A stretch of 64,000 nt of DNA, taken from NCBI RefSeq assembly GCF_018350175.1, contig NC_058383.1, positions 28,274,001-28,338,000 of the forward strand. The letters are read 5' to 3'. The notes under the pieces are model-generated. The model did no database searches and had not been told where the DNA came from. It saw only the letters and a list, made by a program, of their open reading frames with translations. Below are positions 43,727 through 57,200 of the stretch, one piece after another. Both the position numbers and the translations under genes were made by a program. Source of the DNA: Felis catus. Taxonomy: Eukaryota. The first letter of the stretch is position 1. Every line of letters begins with the position of its first letter.

Positions 43727-44650
43727 AAAACTTCCCCTTCTCAGACCAGGGGACTCTGAGGCCGCAGAGTGGTTATGGAACTTGCTCGGGGCCACAGGGC
43801 CAGAAAGAGGCAGAGCCGGGCACTGAACCCACACGGTCCGACACTGAGCTCCAACCTCCCGAGCTGTACCACCTCTCAGCCAGGTACTTAGAAGAACTCC
43901 AGGGGCTCTCCAGGGGCTTTCCAAGGTCCATGGCCTCACCACCCCGCCCGGGGCAGCCTCAAAGACAACGTTCTCTGAGGCAGGGCACCAACTGTCCTCA
44001 GACATCAGGGATTCCGAGTTCATCTGTGTGGGACGGAGAAGCAATGTTCTGACCCAGATGTGGAAATATTCTACAACCGCCCACCCACCTACCCAATGTG
44101 CGCAGCAAGGGCGATGGCTAAGAAACACGAGGTTGGGCCGACTGGGTCCTAGTCTCTACCTCGGCACAGATGTGCACCCGAAAGCAGGGTTTCTCAGCCT
44201 CGGCACTGGTGACATTTGGGGCCAGAAGATTTTTGCCTTGAGGGGGCCATCCTGTGCACCTGAGGATGTTCAGCAGCATCTCTGACCTCTGTCCAAGAGA
44301 TGCCAGTAAGTGCACAATCACATTTAATCCTGACAGACAACCCTAAGAGGCACGTACTAAACCCCATTCTGTAGACACAGAAACTCAGCTTCCGTATAAC
44401 CTGGGAGCAAGCATACACAGCCAGGGGGGACCATCAAAGATGTCTCCAGACTTTGCCAAATAACCCCCTGGGGAGGCAAAAAAAAACCTGCCCCTACCAT
44501 CCCAGAGCGGTGGCCTCACCAGGCCTCGGTTTCTTTATCTGTGAGAAGAGAACTCACCGATTAGAGAACCACCAGGAGGGCTAAATGACAGACCCGAAAG
44601 GTTCCAGGTTTAGTTCCTGGCCAAGAGACCGATCAATAAACCCAAGGGTT

Positions 44651-44711
44651 ATGGAAACCAATTTGACAATAAATTTCATATATTAAAAAAAATTTAAAAA
44701 ATTAAAAAAAA
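44651..44711 (+). mobile_element. Ultra-short LINE-1 3'-end insertion
   Basis: 34 nt matching the terminus of the L1 at 39472-39505, then an A-rich tail; 16-bp TSD aataaacccaagggtt at 44635-44650 and 44712-44727. Confidence 0.9.
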
Positions 44712-44891
44712 AATAAACCCAAGGGTTGGTTGGTTTCATTCACTCATTCATTCATTCATTCATTCATTCATTGTCTCCATCACACAATGAATATTTATTG
44801 AGTACCTATTCTGTACCGAGCTCTGGACTAATCAAGGAGAGCGGGAATAAATCAGGCACAGTCCCTGCCCTCTTAAGACTCACAGTCCACT

Positions 44892-45118
44892 GGGGCGCCT
44901 GGGTGGCGCAGTCAGTTAAGCGTCCGACTTCAGCCAGGTCACGATCTCGTGGTCCGTGAGTTCGAGCCCCGCATCGGGCTCTGAGCTGATGGCTCAGAGC
45001 CTGGAGCCTGTTTCCGATTCTGTGTCTCCCTCTCTCTCTGCCCCTCCCCCGTTCATGCTCTGTCTCTCTCTGTCCCAAAAATAAATAAACATTGAAAAAA
45101 AAAATTAAAAAAAAAAAA
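44892..45118 (+). mobile_element. Young felid SINEC
   Basis: TSD aagactcacagtccact at 44875-44891 and 45119-45135. Confidence 0.95.
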
Positions 45119-45153
45119 AAGACTCACAGTCCACTAAAGATAGAAGGTCGCAT

Positions 45154-45530
45154 GAGGCACCTGGAGGGCTCAGTCAGTTGGTTAAGTGTCTGGCTCTTGA
45201 TTTTTCTTTTTTTTTAATATAATTTATTGTCAGGTTAGCTAACATACAGTGTATACAGTGTGCTCTTGGTTTGGGGGGCAGATTCCCGTGGTTCATTGCT
45301 TACGTACAACAACCAGGGCTCATGCCAACAAGTGCCCTCCTCAACGCCCAGTGGCTCTTTTTTTCAACTCGGGTCACGATCTCACCGTTCAGGAGTTTGA
45401 GCCCCGCATCAGGCTCCACCAGGCTGACGGCACAGAGCCTACTTGGGATTCTCTCTCTCCGCCTCTCTCTCTCTGCCCCTCCCCCACTCGCACACCTGTG
45501 CGCCTTCTCTTTCAAAATTAATAAGTAAAT
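45154..45530. mobile_element. SINEC (+) interrupted by an antisense carnivore L1 3' end (about 45204-45351)
   Basis: The insert is the reverse complement of the L1 3'UTR at about 50045-50215; tggctctt is duplicated at 45191 and 45352. Confidence 0.88.
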
Positions 45531-48500
45531 ATTTTTTAAAAAGATGTAAGGTCACAAAACATAACTGCGAAGATCAATGCTTGTTACACAGGGAGGGGAA
45601 GTGTCAGGATGAGGGTCCGGGAAGGGGGCATTTCAGCAGAGGAGAGTGCCAGGGTCAGAAAGAGCCAGCCGTGCAAAGATCCAGGGGAAGCACGTCTGAG
45701 GCAGAGGGATGGCGGGGGCAAAGGCGTGGGGAAGACGCTGCGTGGGTATCCACCTTTTCAAAATGCAGAAGGGAGGGAAGGAATGAATCGAACGAATTCA
45801 AGCGACAGCAGCAAAGACTGGAGACCCCTGGAGCCAGAGGCCTGAGTCTGAATCCAGCAGCCACCGCTCACCTGCCCCTTGACCTTCCGAAAATCAGCTC
45901 ACCTCTCCGGCTCTGGTCTCCTTCACCTGCAAATAGGTCTAATAATGGATGCCACGCAGACCGCGGGGTTAAGGGTTTAGCTTGCCCAGAGACGCCTCAT
46001 CAGCTCTGGGCAGCATGGGCTGGGAGCGGTGGGGTGCAGGACAGGCCGGCCACGAAGCTGGGGCAAACCCCGCGGGACTGAAACTCAGGCTGATAAGAGC
46101 ACTAATAAGTCATCGCCCGCGGAAAGTACTGACCATGCGCCAGGCACCGTGTTCCCGCTTCAACGTCCATCAGCGGAGCCACACCCTGTGAGGCGCGTCC
46201 TGCATTAACCCCATTCCACAGAGGGACACAGAGGCAAACAGAGGCAGGAACACTTGCCGGAAGGTATGTGGGCAGGACCTGGCGGAGCCTGGATTCGAAC
46301 CCCGACAGGCCGGCTCCAGAGCCCCAGCAAAGGGACGGGTGGAGGTGTGCAGGATGCTACTGGGCATCGGCCCCGCCTCGGAGGGGCAGAGGCGAGGCGA
46401 CCGGTGGCTGACAAAGCCATATCCAGAACCGGTCCAGACGCGACAGGCAGCCGGCATAAGGGTAGCTCCAAGCAGAGGCAAGCTGAGAAAAGGAGCTTCA
46501 GGGAGGCCAGCAGTCGGGTCGGGACCTGCTGGGCTTCTGGACATTAATCCTGTTTTCAGAGGCAACATGGGGCCTCCGCTTGCCCAGCACAGGCCGGCCA
46601 GAGAGACACGGGAGGTCTAAGGCCGCCCTGCCCCGACCCAGCACGAGGCCAGGGCTGCCTGTGGCGGGAGAAGGGCAGCAGGAGCCAGGGTCACGCGGGC
46701 GGTGACGTCCCCTGCCCGCTGCCAGGCTGAGCTGCAGTCTTTCCTCACTCTCTGACTCACCAGAGCTAAGAATAAAACCTAGAAGTATTAAGGCAGGGGG
46801 GAGGGTAGGAGGGCCACATCCAGATCTCAGCCCCGGCACCCGGGAAGGCAGGGCACAGCCCTGCTCAGGCAAGAGCCCCAGATCCCCACTAAATCCTAAC
46901 ACCCAAGGCGCAGAGCCGAACATCTCAGCAAGGCAGGGACCGGGGCCACCCGCGAACCCAAGACTCCTGTCTTAAAAGGACAGCCAAAAAGACGACAGAG
47001 CCGTGTCCAAATGTCCACGGCGGCAGCAGCCTGCTCGGACCCGCCGTGACCCCGACGCTCCCAAGGACGGGCCCTTCCCTACAAAGCACACATCTGCCCT
47101 CACCGTCTCCATCCAGCCCTGACCGTCTTTGTTGACTTTTGTCCCCAGCCACTTCCCCTCCTCTGATCAGACTTTGGAGTTTCACCAAACCCTCCATTTG
47201 GTCACATTCCAGGGACCTGAGCGGGTTCAGGCGTGTGCCAGCCAGAGGCATACATCTAAGGACACGGCAGTCAACAGGACGGACAGCATGCATCCACTGA
47301 CTGAGCACTGCTTCCAGATGCTGAGGACCCCGCGATGAACAGCAGAGCAAACGGCCTGCCCTCCTGGAGCGGACAGCCTTGTAAGAGGAGACAGAACAGA
47401 CAAGATAGAAGGAAAAAATATATAGACATAAAAAATACACATAGTGTGCGTGTGTGCATGTATTATGATGAAAAGGACTCGGAGAAGTGGCAAGGACTTG
47501 CTGAGAACGTGTATTTTGGTAATATATTAAAGAGACAAGGGAATAGGCCAAAGGGCCATTTGGGGCAATAGCACGGAAAACAGCTGATGCAAAGGTTCTG
47601 AGGTAGGAACACGTGTGCTATTCTGCAGTAATAACAGAGAGGTCAATATGACTCGACAGTAATGGGAAATAAGGTCAGGAAGGAATCTAGGGGACAGGGA
47701 GGGACAGACTGGAGGACTCAGAGGCCACTGCAGGCATTTCTAACTTTTACTCCAAGTGAGGTGGGGACCATGGATTTCATGTCATCATCGGATTTATTTG
47801 TTTCAGACGGTGGTTCTCAAGCGGGGTAAACTTTCCCCCAGGGGACATCGGACAGTGTTTGGAGACATTTCTGGTGTCACTACTGCCACCATGCTCTGGA
47901 CATCTTGTGGGCTGCCGAACATCTGCAATGCAAGGACGGGCCCACCACACTCACTGAGCCCTCAATGTCAACGGTGCTGGGGCTGAGAAACTCCGCTGAA
48001 CGCAGTCCCTGCCCTTATCAAGTTCCTTGTTCTCCAAACACAACCCTTATCAAGCAGAGTTTCAGCTTCTCACCACGTGACAATCAACCAGGCCTCAGTT
48101 TCCACATCTGGACAGTGGGGATACCCATGAAATGAAGCAAATTAGCACGTCATTAAGCACAAGCCGGAGCATGTAGTAGGCACTCAATAAATGTCACCGC
48201 TACTACGGGGACTGCGTCCAGATCCACCCCCTGCCTCAACCCTTCCACATTTCCACCAGTTAAATGCAACATACTTTCAACATGGAGCATCTGCATGTTA
48301 CCGCATACAGCAGGCAACACAGACAGGGCCAGCAGGAAGCAAGGGCTGGTTGTGCCCCCACCAAGCCGCCTCTCCTTCCCGCTTCCAGCCCTTGTGTGGG
48401 CCGTGGCCCCTGCCTCCTCACCCTGCCCTGGCGCTGTCCCGAGTCAGCTCAGCCCCAAAGTACCTGCTCTGCCCGCCCGGGGTGCTTTCTGAAGGACGAT

Positions 48501-48606
48501 CCCTGCCTCTCCCATGGGGGAGGTGCTGAGAAAATGCCTTTAAACGAAACTGAGAACAACAGAAAATACTAACTTCTTTTGTAATTGATTTTAATAGGCA
48601 GTACGT

Positions 48607-49281
48607 GGGGTGGCCTGGGTGGCTCAGCCATTTAAGCGTCTGACTTCGGCTCAAGTCGTGATCTCACTGTTCGTGAGTTCGAGCCCCACATCGGGCTGTG
48701 TGCTGACAGCTTGGAGCCTGGAACCTGTTTCGGATTCTGTGTCTCCCTCTCTCTCTGCCCCTCCCCTGCTGGCGCTGTCTCTCTCTCTCTCTCTCTCTCT
48801 CTCCCCTCTCTCCTCTCTCTCTCCTCTCTCTCTCTCCCCAAAAAAAAAACATACAATTTTTAAAAAAAAAACAAGTAGTATGTGACTCAAATTTAAACGT
48901 GTGCATGCGTGTCAAACGGCAAAAAGTTACTCTTGCTTCCATCTCCCCCACAAGCCCCATCCCGTCCCGTCTTCACGGCCCCATACACCCCTCCCCATAT
49001 ACAAATCCAACCACACGTGTGAGCTCCTGTGTACCCTCCTGAAATTCTTCAGGCAAATAGAAGCAAATAGAACATGTTCTTTTTTTTTTTATTATTTATT
49101 TTGGGAGAGAGCGAGCGAGCAGGGGAGGGGCAGAGAGAGAGAGGGAGAGAGAGAATCCCAAGCAGGCTCCGTGCTGTCAGCACAGAGCCCGACGTAGGGC
49201 TCAAACCCACAAACCATGAGATCATGATCTGACCCGAAACCAAGAGTTGGATGCTTGGTTGGATGAGCCACCGAGGCACCC
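48607..49281. repeat. Inverted SINEC pair in intron 1
   Basis: + copy about 48607-48850, - copy about 49080-49281. Confidence 0.88.
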
Positions 49282-49729
49282 TACAAATATACATTCTTAT
49301 TTGTCCTTTTTTGTACCTAAGAAGTATCAGACCAAATATGACAAGTGTATCCTGATGTTTTCATTAAAAAAAAAAAAAAAAAATCTGAATCTTGGAAGCT
49401 GGCCTTGTCCTCACCTTTTACTTTCTTCTGGAAGCATCCCCACCCCTCCGCTGAATGGGCAGGACACAGCATATTTACTCAGGCCCCTAATGCCCACCTC
49501 TCGGGTTGCTGATCTTTTGCTCTCCTAAACAATGAGGCAAGGGCTCCCCTTAGAAGTTACTCTCAAGTGAAGAAAATACAGAAGGCCTGACCCGAAGGCC
49601 AACGGCTTCGCTTAATTGCTACTAAGCCTCATGGGCAGAACACAAATTACACCGGCTTAAGTATGATAACCTGCAGCTACACAACGAGAATTAAAAAAAT
49701 GATGACAAATGTTGACCTGGACATCCCCA

Positions 49730-50845
49730 CGGGAATTCAATCTGTACAACATCACAAAGTAAATCCAACGTAAACGCAATTCCGATCCTCGAGAGAGATG
49801 GGCGTGTCACATTCACTACAGCATCACTCACAACAGCCAAGACATGGAAACAACCTCAAAGCTCACTGGCGGATGAAGGGATAAAGGAAGGTGGTGTATA
49901 CCTATGTAATGGAAATATCATCCAGACATTAAAAAAGAAGGGAATTCAGAGAGGGAGGGAGGCAAACCATAAGAGACTCTTAAATACAGAGAACAAACTG
50001 AGGGTTGATGGGGGTGGGGGGGTGGGGAAGAGGGGAAAAGGGGTGATGGGCACTGAGGAGGGCACTTGTTGGCATGAGCCCTGGTGTTGTATGTTAAGCG
50101 ATGAATCACGGGAATCTACCCCCGAAACCAAGAGCACACTGTATACTCTTGACAATAAATTATATAAAAAAATATAAATTTTTTTATATAGCCAACTTGA
50201 CAATAAATTATATTTTTTAAAAAAAAGGAAGAAAGAAAAGAAAACCACTAACTCAAAAAAAAAAAAAAAAAAAGGAAATCTTGCCATGCGACAACACGGA
50301 TGGACCTCGAAGGCATTATGCCAAGTGAAATGAAGCAGAGAACAACAAATACTGTATGTTCTCATTTTACGTGCAGAATCTAAAAAAACTGAACTGAGGG
50401 CTCCTGGCTGGCTCAGTCGGTGGAGCGCGTGACTCTTAATCTTGGGGGTCATGAGTTTGAGCCTCTGCCGGGTGTCAAGATTACCAAAAAAATAAAATAA
50501 AAATAAGCTTTAAAAAATGGAAATTAAAAGGACTAGGGGGTAGGGGAAACGGGGAAATGTGGGTCAAAGGGCACAAACTTCCAGTTATAAGATGACAAAT
50601 TAGCTCCGGGAACCTAACGTACAGCATGGTGATCACAGTTAGCAAATACTGTGTTGTATACTTGAAAGCAGTCAGGAGAGCAGATCTCAGGAATTATAGG
50701 TGGAGGTCAAGGTAATAATGGGAGGGAATGGAGGTGCTAAGTAACCTAACTGCATAATCACTTTACAACACACACGTTTAGCAAACCATCCTGTCCTATA
50801 CACCTGAGCTTTACATATGTTACACATCGATACCTCAATAAAGCT
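49730..50845 (+). mobile_element. Old L1M ORF2 end and 3'UTR, interrupted by an L1 and a SINE
   Basis: acaacagccaagacatggaaacaacc, catggatggacctcgaaggcattatg-like motif, ends in cctcaataaagctgg. Confidence 0.8.
49945..50273 (+). mobile_element. Carnivore L1 3'UTR nested in an older L1M 3' end
   Basis: Similar to the 39340-39505 3'UTR; the host L1M is split at aaaaagaaggaaat. Confidence 0.85.
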
Positions 50846-51186
50846 GGGGGTGGGGGGGAATCACTTAAATGCAGGAGTGTGCATTCCTGGAGGTTTATAG
50901 CTCTACAAATATTATCTAATGTCTGATTTTTAACAAAGTAACAGAAACCGCAGCGTCCAATACACTAACTACCAGCCTCACGGGGCTACTGAGCACTTGA
51001 AATGAGGCTGGACCAAACTGGGATGTGCTATAAAACAGAAACACTTAGTATGGGAGCACATGGGTGGCTCAGGTTAAGCATCTGACTCTTGGTTTCAGCT
51101 CAGGTCATGATCTCACAGTTCATGAGATCGAGCCCCACATTGGGCTCTGCACTCACGGCATAAAACCTGCTTGGGATTCTCTCTAC

Positions 51187-51240
<54 letters not shown>

Positions 51241-54200
51241 CCACCCCCCCACCCCGCACCTCTCAAAATAAATATTAAAAAAAAAAGACTCAGTACAAAC
51301 AAAATGCAAAATACCTCATTAGTTACATGTTGAAATTCCAACATGTTGCATATATGTAGTTAAATAAAATATATACTTAAAATCATTTCACCTGTTTTTT
51401 ATTATTTTTTTGTAATGTGGCAACCAGACAAAACTCCATACATGGCCTGCATTCTTTTTCTATCGTATGGTGCTGGTCCAAACAATAGAAGATAGGGGAT
51501 TTGTTCAATTCATTCCACACCTGGCAAGTATTTATTTACCTAGGCTCCTAACTGGTTGCTGGCCTCCCCTCAGGGCCACCCTTCACCCCACAGTCAAAGG
51601 GATAGCTTCAAACCGTAACCAGATCCTGACACACTCTGCCTGAAGCTCCTCACTATGCCTATGGCCACCCTATGCCTCAAGACCTTTGCACGGTCTGTTC
51701 CCCTGGCCTGGAGCTCTTCTCCCCTCGCTGCCCTGGCTTCAACTCAGAGGCAGCCTTCAGGCCTCAGGAGAAGCAGCCCTCCGCCCTTCCTGCCCATGCC
51801 CTGTCAATCACATCTTAACTTCCTAATGGAACTCTGTACATTTCCTGTAGAGCACCCACCCTACGGTCACTAAATATTTCTTTCGGATATTATTTATTTG
51901 ATGTTCTACTTACCATCTTACTTAACACCGTATGTGATATGTGTTATGGAGTATGCAATATGGTATACAATACATTACATGTAATACACGTAACTACGAA
52001 AAAACATACAAATTGCCGTTTGCACAGGTCAAGAGTTGGCAAACTACAGCCCGTGTACCAAATCTGACCCTCTGCCGGCTTCATCCCCAAACTAGGAAAG
52101 GATTTCACATTTTTAAATATGAAATGTAAAACAGATGGGTTGCTAGGGCACCTGGGTGGCTCAGTCGGTTAAGCGTCCGACTTCAGCTCAGGTCATGATC
52201 TCACGGTTTGTGGGTTCAAGCCCCGCTTCGGGCTCTGTGCTGACAGATCAGAGCCTGGAGCCTGCTTCGGATTCTGTCTCCCTCCCTCTCTGCCCCTCCC
52301 CTGCTCATGCTCTGTCTCTCTCTGTCTCAAAAATAAATTAAAAAAATAAAAAATATATTTTTTTAAATTTTTATTAAAAAAAAACAAAAACAAAACCAGA
52401 TGGGTTGCCTGCTGCTAAGAGTAGTCATTTGATTTTGCCTTGGCCCACAAAGCCTAACCTCTTTACCACCTGGCTCTTTCCAGAAAAAGTTTGCCAACCC
52501 AGGAGGGAGATCAAAAAACACCAAAGGTCGGCAATTTCCTAGGATCTGATGCTACTTACTCCAAACGTTACTTTGCCAGATCTGCCCTCCCCTTAGGCTG
52601 TCAGGTCTGTGGGGACAGTGAATGCCCAGGTAGCAGCCCTGGACTTTTCACGCCCAACCTGCCCCAGGCACAGACACATGGCAGGTGCTCAGAAGCACCC
52701 AAGGAGTCTATGAACCAGACCCCAGAGTGAGTCTCAGCAAAGTGAAAGTTAAGAGGGGACGCCCGGGCGGCTCAGTAGGTTAAGTGTCTGATTCTTGATT
52801 TCCGCTCAGGTCACGATCTCAAGGTTCATGGATAGAGCCCCGCGTCAGGCTCTGTGCTCCACGCGGAGCCTGTTTGGGGTTCTCCCTTTCCCTCTCTCTC
52901 TGCCCCTCTCCCGCTCACACACACTCTCTCGAGACAAACGTAGAATTTTTTTTAAAAAACCGTACACGGGACGCGGCCAGCATTTGAGCCATCACAGCAG
53001 GCACACACGGGGCTGGGTCTGAAGGACACAAAGATAAATAATGTTCCAAAAATCAACCGTGATGATGAATGCACACCTCTGTGGCTATCCTAGAAGCCAC
53101 CAAATTGTGTGCTTTAAATGCATGAATCATATGGTATGTGAACCATATCTCAATAAAGCTGTTAAAAAAATATATACATATATGAGGAAGACCCAGGGTC
53201 ATTTTAACTATGTCATTTCTCACTTCATACAGTGTCTTTAGAACCTAACATCCCCCTCAGAAACTACTAAGGTCACATAGACCCGACTTCATCACCTCAC
53301 TAAGAAGACACGTCATCTAGATGGGACTCGTTTGCATTTGTTAAAAATATATATATTTGAATGCAATGTGACTTCCCACTGCTATGCTGCTTCTAACTAG
53401 ATTACATGTGCCCTTAACCTGAGATTTCTCACCCTTGGCACAGCTCACCTCCGGAGCCGGCTAATTCTGCTGTGAGGCTGTCCTGTGCATGGTGGGAGGT
53501 CCGGCCGCATCCCTGGCCTCGACTCCCCAGATGCCAGGAGCATCCTCCCCCCGCAAACCATGACAACAAAAACTCTCTAGAAGTTGTCAGTGTCCGCTTG
53601 GGGGAGGGGGGCACAATTACTCCAGTGGAGACCCATTGTCTTAACAGTGTTTCCAGAGGGCCCCACCCCCGCCACCAATACCTACTGACTCCAAAGACCA
53701 TCCACCTGCCTGTCCATTCATTCAACACATACTGAGCCCTGCTTCGTAACAGGAGTTGAACCACAACACCCACCTTTGTATCCTGCCCTCAGGTAGCTTA
53801 GAATCTTACACAGAAGTAGGGTGGGTACATAAATAGCTATGACAAAAGATTTTAAAAGCACTGTCATTGAAGAGGTGCACATAAATGACACGAGACCTCC
53901 GGAGCAGAGAGAGGGGTTAATTCACAAAGCAAAGAGGAAGAAAACTCAGCTTTCTCATGCTCACAGCAGGGACCACACCTGCCTCTGACAGTCATTGTGA
54001 ACATTAAATCTACACATTGCCTGATTTCACTTTCATCCCCAAATGGGTACTCTTGCTCCCATTTTGTAGAGAAAGCAACTGAGGCACAGAGAGGCAAAGC
54101 AACTTGCCCAAGGTAGCACAGCCTGCAGGTGAAAGTAGCAGATGTCAACACAGACAGGCGGGCTCATGGCCGCATGTGCTGCCTCCTTGAGAAGTCAAGC

Positions 54201-57200
54201 ATGGGGACAATAAACGGGCACCTGGTGACCAGTCTATTAGTGGAAATTAGTGTCACTGTTGTTTCCCCTTGGGAGCTCAGAGCAGGTTTCCTGAAGGAGG
54301 TAAAACCTAAGGGGGCAAACATGCCAAGAAACAGGCCATTGTGGAGACGGGGCGCCGGTGTTTCAGGGGGGCACAGAGCAGCATCCAAGAGAGTCACCGG
54401 ACAAGCTTCGGGTGGGCACGCCCATCAACTAATAGAACAAAGTGCCAGGAGGGGACTGGGCAACCGAAAGGGCTCGGAGGACAGGCCAAGGACTGAGCGA
54501 GGGACGCAAAGGAAAAACCAAAGCTCCATTCGGGATTCCCACCAAGAAAGTGCCGTGTCACCCATGTGTTGCAAAAGCTCCCAGACATTGTGAAATTGTG
54601 AAACCGTGAAACCGAGAGCCCAAGTCTCAAGTGCAGCCCCCAAACAGGAAACTGGCGAAGCCGCCGTCATCCCCCAAAACTGCCCTGGAGCCACTCCGGC
54701 CCCGGCCCCCCTGCCCCAGAGTACGTGAGCTGGCCCACCCGCCAATCCCAAGGTCCCTCAACTCCACACACAAATCCAAGCTACGTGCTCCTGGTCTGTG
54801 GCAGACAGCGTCCCGGTGGAGATGGGCCCCAGGGAGCAGGCAGTGTTGAAGGAGGACCACGACACGGGGGTTACGAGCACAGGCTCTGGTGCAGAGCCCC
54901 GGGCTCGAGACCTACAACACCACTTCCTGGCTGTGTGCCCGTGAGGAAGTCAATCCACCTCTCTGACTTTTGGGCGCCCACCTCTCACCAGATTATCAAT
55001 CCTCATTCAATGTTAGGGGAGGGGGTCGCTGTGGGGGCTGAGTTTGCTGCTGCCATTTCTACATTATTCCTGCCGCATCACCATCATCGAGTGACAATAG
55101 CAGCTCAGAATGCCAGAATGCCAAAGCCCCCCCCCCCCCAAGGGACTGTTATCCTGTCCTGCTACAGGGTCAGCCGGGGTCATCTGGCACAGCCTGTTGG
55201 AAAAGACGCAACCCGCCCCAGTCCTACCCTACCGCTGACCTGGAAGCATCCACAATAGCTATTTTAAAACAGGCCACTAGGGACACTCCCATCACAGCAC
55301 AGCACGGTGCCACGCCTCGGAGCCTAGACTCTGGGCCAAAGGGCCATGGGTCCATCCTGGCTCTGTTACCTGTGAGCTGTGTGACCTTAAGCAAGGCACA
55401 TAACCTCTGTGGGCCTCAGGTGCCCCATCTGGACGATAATCAGTCTATCAGACCTGACAGGGCTTTTTGAGGATTAAATGGAAAGCATTCTGAAGAGCGC
55501 CTGGGGCTGGCCTCCACTTGAGCCCGTGACGCGGCGCCCCAGCCTCTGCCGCTCTGGCTGCGAAGGCCTCTCACCGCTCCCCCAGCTCCCCCAGCTTTTC
55601 CGTACCGGCTCTGTCCCGGGCCTGGAATATTCCAGGTCCGGTCAGGGCTGCCTCAGCTGCCAACTGGTGGACGGAGGTCTCACCCATCGAAAGTGCCCGT
55701 CTCCGCCATAACTCACTACAACCGCAACGTGCATTTCCTCCAGCACCCCCGTCTTTACGTTCCTGTAGCACGAGGCAGAGGTTGCCAGCCAGATTCCGGG
55801 TATGAATCTGGTTCTGCCATCCGCTAGCTGAGTGACTTCACTTCTCTTGGCCTTTGTTTTCCCATCCGTAAGTTCTCAGGGTCTCTTTGCCTCCTACCTG
55901 TCATCTCCCCAAAGCAGGACCTCGTCCTAATTCACCATCAAATGCTTGTTCAACAAACGAAAGAAGGGGTGAATCAATCTATCTGAAGAGCAACCCAGAA
56001 ACATGTGAGGAAAACCCAGAGACTCCGTGGCCTGCTGTGACCCAATAATCCCCGCTATGGGCACGGGTCCAAAGGAAGTAACTCCAAGAGCAAGAAAAGG
56101 CGCAATCTGTACATGCTGGCCCGTTCACAGCCAAAACCAGGAAGCTCCCAGGCACGCGAGACCTAAGCAAAGGGGACCAGAGGATCCTGCGGAAAATGAC
56201 CCAGTTGTCATGATCCAAAGCAAGGGGCCAGCCCCAGGCCTGGAGAGGCCATCAGTAAAGAGGGGTTAGCCCTGGCACCCTGGGCTTCATGCTCTCTGCC
56301 CAAGAACTAAGGCAGATGCAATGCCTAAGAGCGGGATCAGGGGTTAGGGGAGGGTTCCAATCAAGGAGAGGGGGAAGGGGGTGGGGGTATCTTTTTTGCC
56401 AGAGAGGTTTACATACCATCAGAGCACATCCTTACACAGTGCAGGCACAGCCTAGGACACTGGGCACGTCTCAGTTTGTCTAATCCCTCAAACAAACCTA
56501 TGAGGACACCAGTACCATTACTGTTCTCCGTGTTACAGATGCAGCAACTGAGGCACAAAGTATAAAGGTCTCCTGACCTGAGCCAAGAAGGCCATGTTAC
56601 CCAGAGAACCAGAAGTTAACAGTGGCTAACTTGGGGGGGGGGGGTGCCCAACCTAGAATCACATCACCGTCCGGTACGTCTTCCATCTCTGGGTCCTCCC
56701 AGATCCTCCGCATTTCCCTTTGGACCAGAGCAGGGACTGCTGTGTGATGATGAAGATGGCCACAGTAACAATGACAACGGATCAGCAATAGTAACAATAA
56801 CACCACTTAGTAACGGGAGGAGCACATTCATCCTACTTCAATTGTTCGAATTTTACAACGCTATGAGGTAGGCACAGCTGTAATCCCCATTTTGTGCATG
56901 AGAAAACGGAAGCACAGAGAGGTGAAGCGACCTGTCCAAGGTCATACAGCAAGCAGCAGAACCAGGGTCTAAGTGGAAGCCACACGGGCAACCTGCACTG
57001 TTCTGTCCCTCTAGACATCTTCACATCCGTGGCCTCCGTGAGACAGGGAGGCTGCGTGTTTCACTGACCACATACATATTCCCGGGCATCAGACCTACAG
57101 CAATAGAAGGATTAATACACACAAGAGGGAAGAAGGGAGGGAGGTACTGGAAGTCATCATAATGCATCGATTCTAAAACCCAGGTTTCAGGGGCGCCTGG

